Part shown: positions 13,204-24,370 of the stretch, piece after piece
Layout of the letters: every line of letters begins with the position of its first letter
How positions within the stretch are numbered: position 1 is the first letter of the stretch
Assembly: GCA_977862235.1 (NCBI GenBank)
Contig: OZ374561.1
Location: 1,178,001-1,242,000 of the forward strand
DNA: 64,000 nt
From: Dudresnaya verticillata
Taxonomy: Eukaryota
Direction: 5' to 3'
Notes under the pieces: model-generated
Database searches by the model: none
Seen by the model: the letters and a program-made list of their open reading frames with translations, nothing else
Told to the model about the DNA's origin: nothing
Made by a program: the position numbers and the translations under genes

Positions 13204-13671
13204 CTTGAGCTTAACGAAGAGTGGTGAGCAGAAAACCTATTTAAAGAATTCTCGGTACAGGAAGGCCTTTTCTTATGTAGAATTCCACAAGCTACGAAAT
13301 TTTGGCTACACAACTGCATAGCTTAAAACCTTTCGTGCCTGGAGCCCTTCGGTTGTATGGAGACGGAGATAGCACTGTACAGCGTTGCCCGGAAAGTTAT
13401 CATTCACATTGGTCCTGTCCTTGCGCGCAAGCGCCCACGTGGGAAATCATGCTGTCGGAGCAACCGTATTACTGTAATGGTATCAGGTAGAGGTAACGTG
13501 GCTATTGACAACAAGGCACCCTTCTAGAAGTGTAGCTACATGACCAGTACAATAATTGTTGGTCTTCAGAAGAATCTCTCATTTCACTTCAAATGTATGC
13601 AGTCTTATAGGAGATCGGAGAGAGCCCTCTCCGGCAAGCACATGAAGTACTTCACTGTGATCAAGTGCATC

Positions 13672-14662
13672 TGTTGAGGACATGGTCGATGGCGCCTCAC
13701 GTCACGGGTCAGGTACCCCAGATGGCACCCTGGCACGCTGTCACCAAACCTTCCGGAGACGACAGCCCTTTTCCGGGCTTCCAAAATCACGGCGCATTTA
13801 GGCCTTTTGCAAAAGCAACTTTGAAACCGGCTTCTGATTGGTTGTTCCAAACCGCCTCCATTGTCTACAGGGTTACAAGTGTTGTGCTGGAATTGGCGGT
13901 TATAACAGGAACGGCCAAGTGGAACGATCTGATTGGACCACATGGATGCACGTGGTATGGCATGGAATGGTATTGGTATGACGCGCACTGTACTCCACAA
14001 GTACATATGAACGTGCCATGCAATGTGCTGATGGCGTCTGAGTTGGTACTGCAGGGACTTGCGCTACGTGGAGCCTGGGTTGTGATATCAGCAGATGCAG
14101 TTGTCGTGCGGCCGACACGTTGGTTTACAGTTGGCACGTAGCTGTCGTGCGGCCGACACGTTGGTTTACAGCTGCCACGTAGGCAAATCTGAGTGATTAC
14201 GTGGTCAATGATCCAAGTTGGATATTCATGGATGGACTTCAGCTCGTAAGTGCGGCCACGTGGTGCGCAGTGTTGTCCGACAGCAGCCATGCGGGGACAC
14301 TCGATACTTTCAAGTTGCCGCCCAAAGTTGGAGTACATGTGGATGGCAGGAAATGCGGTCGCAAGAGGGATTGCTGATGTAAGCAGTTAGCAACACTGGT
14401 GTGCAAGTTCCCGCCCATTTTGGTGGCGGATGTGAGTGTGCTGAGAGCATGATTTGGTAGATTTGATTGCTTTACTTTTTCCCGCCCATTTGATGATAGG
14501 GATTTTGGGCGTTTCTTTAATGATTTGTTTTGTTTGTGTTCACGCAGCAACTCATCCGAAAAGCTGATATAAGCCTTGTCGGATGGTCGACTGCAGTAAA
14601 CGAAGTCAAGCGACTTCCATTTCTCATCTTGTTCATTTTCAACCTCTCTATATTCCTTTTCA
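13672..14662 (+). repeat. Ty1/copia solo LTR (991 bp, 2 copies of 41-bp unit)
   Basis: TGTTGAGGA...CCTTTTCA; perfect TSD GCATC; same family as the LTR preceding copia PBS and gag at 40214. Confidence 0.95.
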
Positions 14663-15512
14663 GCATCCACAAGTCGCAATATGTAACCACCAACACTTCA
14701 ATCTAAATCCGTTCGCCCTCACGTGGCAATGTGGTTTTCTACTGTACGTTATCGGATTTCCAGGCGAAGTGATGTCCGACCATAATGTCCAAATCATTCC
14801 CGACTGCATGCGCAACATTTTTATGCAACTACAACTGCGCACAAACACGAAACGCTCCTTCACACTACCATTGTGAATCTGGACTGATGTACGTATTGTT
14901 CATAGTTCTGTGTTTACAGATTTCCCGGCATTGACTGAGAAACAAACAAGACTGTAACCCCAACTCGCGCCAAAACGAAAGTGTCCCTGCAAAGAGGAAG
15001 TGCAACGACCGCTGGCTTTCTCTCCGGAATCGGGTCTCCTTAAGTGGAAACAAGTTCAGGACCCTTCCCAGGGATTCTGAAATGTGCGATATCAGGCAGC
15101 CCGCCCAAGACATCCACTGCCCTTGTTTGGAAGAACTCTACGAAGACGGAAAAAATTTATACTGAAGTACAGCCTCCCTTACGTTTGTTATTGTCGCTAC
15201 GAAGAGAGTTTTTAGCGCATATTCGGGACCGAAATGCCCCCTGCACGCAACAGATGGACAGCCAACAAAATGGAAAAGTACAAGGCCGCTTCCAAGGCGC
15301 ACGCCGCGGCTGCTGCCTAGCTGAAGAAGATAAGTGCCCCTTGTTGGAATGGGAGTCCGTCCGCAGCTCCAGGTGACGAGGCGATTTCTCCTCGGACGAG
15401 ATCGAAGCGTTCATGCACTTCGCCTAGCAATAGAACACGGTCAATGAGGAACTCGAGGGACTGTGATCTAGGCGGAGACAAGGATATCAGTAAACAGAGA
15501 AAGGAGAAAGTT

Positions 15513-18500
15513 TGTGGTACAAGGGGAGGGCTGCCCCTTTTTCGCTGTGAGCGTATTATATGCCAACGTCTACCGACGGCACGTCAACCGCCGTTGGCGA
15601 GCTAACACGTCATGGACGATTGACCCACGGGCATAAGGCCGCCGTTACCCCGCGCGGCGCGGCGCACGAGCACACTGTACGGCCAGATCCGGATGCATCA
15701 TCCCGATCGGCAAGGCGCAAGGCGCACGCCTGTATGCTTGGCCCGGATCCGGATCGGATCCGGATGGGACATCGGGATCCGGCATCGGGATCCGGCATCG
15801 GGATCCACAGTGATGTAAGGAGCGCGCCTGTAATGGCCGCGCGACAGCAATGCTGGCGGGGATCTGGATCCGAATCCAGATCACCCGTACTGCTACACGC
15901 ATGCGCCTGTAAGTCACCCATTACTCGCACGCACGCCTGTAAGATACTCCTGAGCTCCTGCGCACGCGGCTGCATGGCGATGACGACGTGTCAGACACTC
16001 GACGGCGCGACACGCGTCCTGAGTTCCCGCGCACCGCGCCCGCCGCCGTCGCCCACGTAGTATATTAGGTAATCCGTCTGAGACGCTGAGTAAACCCCGG
16101 ACAAGCCGGCCTTGGTCCAGACTTCCCCGTTCCGCACCCGCATACCCTACCGCTGCCTACGGCTCAAGCGTCTACCTCCCGCGCTTCCACGTCTATCACC
16201 GTCCTTGACGTGTTTCCTTTCTGTTCCCTTTTTCCTTCCCTTCCGCCTCGGGCGTCTACAGTGCGCCCAAGGCCTGTCCTCTGCTCTACCACAAGCCGCC
16301 CAAGGCGAGGCTACTCACCGCCACGGGCGCAGCTACCCACCGAGCCCCGTAGTGCTCGGCGGTGTTCCGTCTTCAGACGTTTGCACCACATCTGGTCTCC
16401 CGACCTAGAATTGTGCTACGTTTTAACGAGTGACTCCGTCGTGCGACGTCCGACTTTCCGTCTTCGACTTTCCGTCTTCAGATGTCCGTCGCTAATCGTC
16501 CACGACGTTCAAGCAACTCTACGACTGCATTATGACCTCACGACCGCCGCCGTCGCGAGGCCCAAGTTCAAGAAGACCGTCATCGACGCCAGGGAGTGTC
16601 CCCGCGTCGGAACGGTCGCTACAGCGGACGACAACGAGGTCTGGGCGCCTCGAGAGCCCCAAGATTGCGTCGGCGTTCCCGACGCCACCCCCGGGCCACG
16701 GGCACGCAGGCTCCCACGCGTCGCTTAACGGAGGAGAGTTACATCCCCCGCCGACGCGCATCCCTTTCGTCGTCCGCACCTCAGCCCCCGAGGGATCGGC
16801 CCTCCGCATGTACCGCTCCTACGTTGACTCGGCTGATACAGTACAAGCCGAGCAACAGGACTTCGTAGACGGAACACAAGCCGACTTCGTCGAGGGACAA
16901 CCGGAACTTCCGGATCAACCAACCATCCCCGTCAACGACGGTCAAGAGCACTCCGCGGAGCGCAACGTCGTTGACGACCCATTGACACACGGCATGTTGC
17001 CCCACTCCCCACGGCATTGCCGGTTATTCGCCGGCTAAACCGAAGTCGCCAAGCCAAAGGGTGCAAGGAACGCCCGACCGGTCAAACCGCGAAAGCCAAC
17101 CGCCAACGGCGTCACCCTCGGCCGTCCGCGTGAGTAACGTAACGATACCACGCGAACGGATCCGAGAGGTATGCGTCTTGGAAGACGTTTTAATGCTCGC
17201 TTGGTTCGCCGGGTTACTGGACGACAGTGTCGGAGGAATCGCAAGTCGTCTACAGACGTTGGAAGAGGATCGGAACGGCGCCCTACAAGGACTTCGATCC
17301 GACCTCGACCGTCTATTGGCGAACGAAAACGCCCAAGGCGAGGGTACACAACCACCGCCGGCAGTAACGGTTCATTCGCAATCTGAACTTAGCTCACGCG
17401 AACGCTTTCAGTGACTGGCGACTCGCTTAGAGCGTCTCGAAACCGCCAAGTGGCGCAACGGTTCACCGTCGGGTGACGAGAGCTCGTGCGAAGATCGTCA
17501 CAGACGCAGGGATCGGAAGAGACGCCGCCGCAAGCTGCGTCATAGACGGAAGAAGAACCGTCATCGACGTGCGGACTCATCCTCGTCCTCTTCGGACACG
17601 TCAAGTGACGGAGAATCTTCAGACTCTTCGTCTGAAGAAGACAACTTCCCAGCTCTCGGCAGTGCCGCAAGACCTCGCGGAAAGCGGTTCAAGGGGTTGA
17701 AGGAGCTACGACCCTCCAACCCCCTTTTCGATCAGTTATTATCGTACAGGACTTACCGTCTCAAAGAGGTAGGGCAAAGACGCTCAGGGCGCGACACGGG
17801 TAAGGTCAAGGATCATATTAAGCGCCTGGAGCTGACCATGAAGGACGCCGCCTTCAACGGCAGCGACCCCGTCATGGTCCTGGAGTTCCTAACGCGTTTC
17901 GCGGATGAAGCCGATACGCTGGAGATGAGCGAAGCACAAGCGTTCGTCGCACTGCCGTACTTCTTGAGCTACGGCAGCCACGCAATTCCGCTCCGTCAAG
18001 TTGACGTCTTCTCGCCATCGCGGCGGGGTGTCCTCGTATCCGGAGGCGGTACAGTACCTCCTCCGTACGTATGCTACGCCAGCGGCGATCAGGGACGCTG
18101 TCCTCGCCCTACGGTCGTCCGTCCAGAAGCAAGGCGAGGACGAGACGACCTATGGGATGCGGCTAGCCGGTGCGTGTATCCGTTGCGGTAACGTATGTCC
18201 AGATTGGGAAAAGATGACGCTGTACATCGACGGGTTAGACCCATCCATCAGGTCCCTGGTCGTTCGCTTCAGAGAAGAAACGCCAAGGGCGGAGTTTTCA
18301 TTTGAGCGGCTGGCCCACTTCGCACAGGACGAAGGGGATGCCAACCGCGCACGACACTGCAGGGCCGGTTCGCGTCAGCACGACGAGACCTACTGACACC
18401 GGCTCAAGCCGTACGAACGTCGCGACCCGCCATCGGCGATGCCCGAGGTGTGCCGCGTCCACAGACGAAAGGCGCGAAGCCTGGAGCGCGTGCTGTGATA

Positions 18501-18610
18501 GCGGAGTCCTCCGTCGAGTTCCGAGACGCTAGTCGTCCTGTCGATGACATGGAAAAACACGCCGATGGCGACCCACAGCATGGTAGTCTCCCAGCTCCAG
18601 ACGCTGGACT
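15513..18610 (+). mobile_element. Ty3/gypsy family B, 3'-truncated (LTR 15513-16390, PBS, disrupted gag)
   Basis: LTR TGTGGTACAA...TTGCACCACA; PBS at 16393; gag pieces from 16532, with FNGSDPVMVLEFL and LYIDGLDPSIR. Right end approximate. Confidence 0.85.
16393..16410 (+). promoter_or_regulatory. Primer-binding site TGGTCTCCCGACCTAGAA
   Basis: 2 nt after the LTR end; identical to the family A PBS at 57684-57701. Confidence 0.85.
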
Positions 18611-19981
18611 CATTAAAATTTATGACATTTTTTACCATTGCGTGAGACTACAAATTCGTGAACACAATGGTTCTAAAATTACCCAGTGACTTGTTGTGCG
18701 CCACGGATCGTGTCGCTAACGGACTGCTTATGGAATGGGAGAGGTAATCAGTTGAAGTTTCCTGCGAGAGACCCCGCTCCGTGCTTCACACCGCTTCAAC
18801 ACCCCTTCGCCTACAATATACGTAGGCTCGTCTACTTCGATTACTTCCTATTTCCTTTTAGTGTAGTTTTCAGCGCCTCGCGATGCGGAAAGACGTCACC
18901 GAGGAAGCGATGGAATATGCAGCCTCGTATGCTAGAACGTTCGAAGAAATTTAGTAATGCACTAACGTACTAGGTATAACCCTTCATTCACCACCTGCAT
19001 AATATTTGCTGTCTCGCAGCATGTGTTTCGCCGCTTAACATTTCAACCACAGCCGTAGTCGCTTGTTACGTTCACTGCGGGTGGGACATTAGCCGGCGAT
19101 ACCCATGGGTACTGACCGACTCGCCTTTGTGCGTAGGACGAAGTACATGTGAACAACTTAGGGTGTTCGTTTATATCGCAATATGGTATGAAATCGACAA
19201 TCTCCATGCATAACTATCATAACGATACTTTTCACTCAGCTGGAATGACAACTGCGGTCATCTTATAGAATTGCGCAACTAACCGAGCAAACCCGCAGCT
19301 GTCACGCACGGGAATTCAGTCCCGAGCCCAACTCCAACCCGCGATAAAGCTAGCTTAGCTTCGTAGGTGCTTGCGAGCTCGCAAGCGCCTACGCGCAAAG
19401 AGAGTTCGTTAAACGGTTCCCTGCTCTCTAGAATTCGAACGTAGAATGAAACTATTACGGGCCGTTAGTTACAGACCATTGCAGTGCATAGCGCTACGCT
19501 GGCGACGCGGATAGACGTACCGGATTCCCTTCTTAGAAGCTGTTGATATATACACATTGCAGTTGATATTGAGCAATTGCTCCATGGAGCAGCTACTCGC
19601 CTGTTACGTTCCACGATGAAGTGCTAAAGGAAATAATACAGTAAGAGGGGTAGAGTTAGCGATTCGTTGTATTTGTCAAGTAGTGCAGTCGATGCTTACA
19701 AACTCGAGTCGAGGAAAACTTACTTCTTGAACGCTCCAAAATCCAAACCTCGCCCCCTGCAGGGGTCATCTCGTCATCTCGGCTAGGACGGTGCGGGAGA
19801 TGGCCAGGGTGAATACCCACAAGGCCGGGTACATCAGCCGCTTTACCCCGGACTGTACCTCATCAGGAAGGTGCATAAGCTGAGGAAAGTGGCGACGGGG
19901 AATAACAAAAAGCTATGGCGCATGGCACGGAGACTGCAACGGAGTCGGTCGGGCCTCTGAAGGAGAGGAGTGTATACTTCT

Positions 19982-21096
19982 TGTTGAGGACATGGTCGCT
20001 GGCGCCTCACGTCACGGGTCAGGCACCCCAGATGGCACCCTGGCACGCTGTCACCAAACCTTACGGAGATGACAGCCCTTTTCCGGGCTTCCAAAATCAC
20101 GGCACATTTAGGCCTTTCGCAAAAGCAACTTTGAAACCGGCTTCTGATTGGTTGTTCCAAACCGCCTCCATGGTCTATATGGCTTACAAGTGTTGTGCTG
20201 GAATTGGCGGTTATAACAGGAACGGCCAAGTGGAACGATCTGATTGGACCACATGGATGCACGTGGTATGGCATGGAATGGTATTGGTATGACGCGCACT
20301 GTACTCCACAAGTACATATGAACGTGCCATGCAATGTGCTGATGGCGTCTGAGTTGGTACTGCAGGGACTTGCGCTACGTGGAGCCTGGGTTGTGATATC
20401 AGCAGATGCAGTTGTCGTGCGGCTGACACGTTGGTTTACAGTTGGCACGCAGCTGTCGTGCGGCCGACACGTTGGTTTACAGTGGGCACGTAGCTGTCGT
20501 GCGGCCGACACGTTGGTTTACAGTCGGCACGTAGCTATCATGCGGCCGACAGGTTGGTTTACAGTGGGCACGTAGCTGTCGTGCGACCGACACGTTGGTT
20601 TACAGCTGCCACGTAGGCAAATCTGGGTGATTACGTGGTCAATGATCCAGGTTGGATATTCATGGACGGACTTCAGCTCGTAAGTGCGGCCACGTGGTGT
20701 GCAGTGTTGTCCGACAGCAGCCATGCGGGGACACTCGATACTTTCAAGTTGCCACCCAAAGTTGGAGTACATATGGATGGCAGGAAATGCGGTCGCAAGA
20801 GGGATTGCTGATGTCAGCAGTTAGCGACACTGGTGTGCAAGTTCCCGCCCATTTTGGTGGCGGATGTGAGTGTGCTGAGAGTATGATTTGGTAGATTTGA
20901 TGGCTTTACTTTTTCCCGCCCATTTGATGATAGGGATTTTGGGCGTTTCTTTAATGATTTGTTTTGTTTGTGTTCACGCAGCAACTCATCCGAAAAGCTG
21001 ATATAAGCCTTGTCGGATGGTCGACTGCAGTAAACGAAGTGAAGCGACTTCCATTTCTCATCTTGTTCAACTTCAACCTCTCCATAATCCTTTTCA
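19982..21096 (+). repeat. Ty1/copia solo LTR (1115 bp, 5 copies of 41-bp unit)
   Basis: TGTTGAGGA...CCTTTTCA; perfect TSD CTTCT. Confidence 0.95.
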
Positions 21097-22774
21097 CTTC
21101 TGTATGGTGAGCAGGCCGAGCAGGGATCACGGGGGGAAAGTCAGGCCGGGTTATGATGCGATGGTCCGGGTGAAGCACAGGCAGCGCAACAGGGTCGAGG
21201 CCCCAGCTCGGTATGCATCTATAGTTATAGACCTGCTCAGAAGGGTGTAACAGGACCGGTACGAATTGGTACACCAGCGTGGAGAAGGTGATGTGTTCAA
21301 ACGTACTAAGAGCGTGGAGAGCAGCTTCTGCGCATGGAGTTTGGAACTCCATGCAATCCAAAGCGCAGCGGGCGGCCGCCGGTGCACTCGGGTGCACAGC
21401 AGCTAGCTACTCTGCCTCTGCGACCTTGGGATGTCTTGCGTAGCTGCGAAATTGTCAGATCGGGCGGGGTTGGGACTGTTTGGGCATTCCGGGTGATTGC
21501 GTGGATTTGTTGGTAAGATCAGCTTTTGTCGTCGGTGTGGTAGGGAGTTATGTGTGTAAGAGTTACCATTTCGCTTGTAATCCCAGAAGCAAAAATCAGC
21601 AATCGCTGAGTTGTGCTTCCGGGCGCTATCGACAACGTTCGGTATATTGGTGTACCGGTACAGCTGGCTGCACGGCCGGCCGTGCGCATACAGAGACAGC
21701 AAAAACTTTCTGGGTGGCATACATACTTTGCGCGGGTTATTATCTAATGCTACACACAACAATTCAAAATAGTGATTGAATTGCGTCATAACGTGTATAA
21801 AATCTATACATGAGTACTGGAATAAGGTTTATTCTCAAAATTCGCCAACCGTTTCGAACCGTTTCAGATCTGACTGTATGCATACGTGAATGCATTTCTG
21901 CAACTTAATCGAGTGACAGTTTATAAACTGATATGTCATCACCTGGCGGAACGGAATAACGTGGAGACACTGCCTCCCAGTAATCGATCGCTCGCTATGA
22001 GAAGACAGCGCAATGTGTTTTACCTGGTGTACCGACAGAATGACGGTATCAAAACTGAATTTTTGACCCACGATACCGATCATAATGCATGAATTAGCAG
22101 AGTATTGCGCGAAAGCGCAACAAATACCCAAATAAAGAACGAATGCATGACAATGCGACAATGGATTTTACATGCCGGGAAGAGCGCTGCACCGTTTACA
22201 TGTGGAATCTGCATGCAGATTCAACACCGCTCCCCGCATTCCAAAGTTTGGAATCACTGCTTGTCGTAAATATCAATATTTATTAAGACCTTTTTATATA
22301 AAAAGGCCTTCCTCAAACCGTCCGATGTAATTACTAACAATGCAATAGTGTCTGTCTGATAATATGCACCTTGCAATGCTACATCTAGGGAAGTAACTGG
22401 TATGGATCACTGTTTTCGTCGTTTTGACGCCCGAGTCCTATTCAGGTGCGTTTTAAGAATAATTTTCGCTCTTGACACCTTTATATATACAGTATATCAA
22501 TAGGCAGTAAATGGTACTTCCACGTGTAGATGCATTAAATTTTATTCATCGCCGAGCATCACCCCATACGAGTGCTATGTACCGGTACGGTATACCGGCC
22601 GGTATATCTAGGAATCGAAAACAGATGAGCGCGCTAGCGCGAGATATTCTACCTTAAGCCTGAATAATACTAAGGTCAGCTGTGCAACAATATCCCAACG
22701 TCCTTCAAGCCGTTTTCGTACTTCTCTACAATACTAGCGCAAATACGCGCGCGCTTCCTCGGCCGGGCTTTCCC

Positions 22775-24370
22775 ATGGAGTATGCAAAGAGGTCATGTGT
22801 ATCCGTAGATTCCTATTGCGTCCCCGCAAAGGACAGTCTCATTGAGGTGTATTGGGTGTTGGATAACATTCCCGGAGCACCAAAGGAGTGGTGTATAGCT
22901 AAAGTTCTCCACATTTCAGAAGAGAGTGCTAGCGACTTATCCCTCGCCAAAGGTGCTATCCTGTACCCAGCTAGCGATCACTGGGAGGAGCAAGTTTCCG
23001 AGGTGGAGTTCCTACCTGACCGCCTTCTGCGTTGCGCATTGAAAGATGAAGAAGGGCAAGCATGTGATGCCCTCTCCTCAGAAAACGACAACCCTTCGAT
23101 GTCATGGCGATATGCAGCCTACAAGGGAGACGGAAATAGGATCTCCTTGGGAAACCCCATGAAACACACACAAGATTCGAGTGACGAAGAATGGGATCCC
23201 ATTTTCCAGAATGGACCTACTGGGAAGAAAGTATTTTCTAAGGGGAAGCGCGCTGTGCCTCGAGCTGACACTAGGAATTGCAGGGATACTGAGGTCAAGC
23301 GGTTACGAGTTGGACAGTCCCAACTACGATTGGACTTAGAACGGTTGCGAGTTGTCATCGAATCTCAATCAAGAAGGTTGACGCAGTTGGAGCTTTCTAG
23401 AAGAGGAGGTGAAAAGATGTGCACATTGCCTGAATGCGTGCTAGGATTACTTAAGAGAAAACTAGCCATGAAGTTTCAATCAAGATTACCACCGTTCAAG
23501 CTAGCATCTTTGAATGTACAGAGTAGGAAGAAGCGGTCGTCGAAGCCATCGAAAGATACAGAAACGACACAAATTGTTGATGGTGTGTATCGAAGTGCAT
23601 TGCGCTCACGAGTTGCTTGCACTCTGCAACAGTTTGAAATGATTGCCCGGCATATTCGAGTGACAGTCCCGCCAGAACTAGTGGGATTCTTTCCCGATTT
23701 CGATTTAACGCAGTCTCCCCCACTGTGTAGCGAAATTTTTGTTGCGGCTTTCGCATCATTCCCGGCGTTCTGTGATGGTATCGGTATTCATTCTACAGCC
23801 GATCGTCTACAAATGATACGAAAGTGCGGAGATGCTCCGACAGGAGAGCTCCTGCGTCTCTTAGGAACCTACGCTTTCGAAGAAACGGATGACGGAAAAC
23901 CGTGCTTTATATTCGTGGGAACGAGCTGTGGTCCCACCTTTGATAATGCTATGTCGTCAGTCTTTCATGGGGCTGATGACAATACATTTAAGTACCCGGT
24001 CTTGGTGCGGAGAAGTCGAGAGTGGAACCAAGTAGACACAAGGTTCTCATATCCACTGAAGCTATACCAAGGATGCCTGCCAGCTGTTGTAGAGCCAACC
24101 TCAGAACACGATGCGTTTTCTGTCGCGTGGAAAAGATCACCCGAACCCGGTTCCAGGTTCTGGTCTGAAGACATATGCAACTCGAAAACCATCTTTGGTA
24201 GTCTAGAGGTCTGCCCGCCATGTGTTCAGACCAGTGGCACGCATTTGTGCTCGGAACTGGGAATACTCCTAGCAACCGATGACCTTCTCGAGAAATTGGT
24301 CTCCTCAAAACACAACATGGCCGAATGCGAGGGTGGGACACCCAGCGGGACAGAGAGGAGTCACGTGTAG
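22775..24370 (+). CDS. Intact ~531 aa unknown protein: N-terminal Tudor/Agenet-like barrel, coiled coil, conserved C-terminal domain
   Basis: Uninterrupted ORF (first in-frame ATG 22775), conserved at protein level with 11532-13203; IEVYW...W..AKV pattern resembles Tudor/Agenet (inference); heptads QLRLDLERLRVVIESQSRRLTQLE. Confidence 0.7.
   Translation: MEYAKRSCVSVDSYCVPAKDSLIEVYWVLDNIPGAPKEWCIAKVLHISEESASDLSLAKGAILYPASDHWEEQVSEVEFLPDRLLRCALKDEEGQACDALSSENDNPSMSWRYAAYKGDGNRISLGNPMKHTQDSSDEEWDPIFQNGPTGKKVFSKGKRAVPRADTRNCRDTEVKRLRVGQSQLRLDLERLRVVIESQSRRLTQLELSRRGGEKMCTLPECVLGLLKRKLAMKFQSRLPPFKLASLNVQSRKKRSSKPSKDTETTQIVDGVYRSALRSRVACTLQQFEMIARHIRVTVPPELVGFFPDFDLTQSPPLCSEIFVAAFASFPAFCDGIGIHSTADRLQMIRKCGDAPTGELLRLLGTYAFEETDDGKPCFIFVGTSCGPTFDNAMSSVFHGADDNTFKYPVLVRRSREWNQVDTRFSYPLKLYQGCLPAVVEPTSEHDAFSVAWKRSPEPGSRFWSEDICNSKTIFGSLEVCPPCVQTSGTHLCSELGILLATDDLLEKLVSSKHNMAECEGGTPSGTERSHV

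Noticed and set aside
13605..14679. Recurrent ORFs such as MLELAVITGTAKW and MYSN.G..LESIECPR as a gene family
   Set aside because: They recur only because they are translations of near-identical LTR copies, and frames shift with repeat number.
14865..15500. Short ORFs between the copia LTR and the family B LTR
   Set aside because: Stop-ridden with no recognisable motif; no call can be supported.
15680..15880. GGATCC-rich tract as an independent satellite
   Set aside because: It is part of the family B LTR and is also present at 730-870.
20410..20615. 41-bp repeats as a CRISPR array
   Set aside because: Units are head-to-tail with no unique spacers, lie inside a copia LTR, and no cas genes are present.
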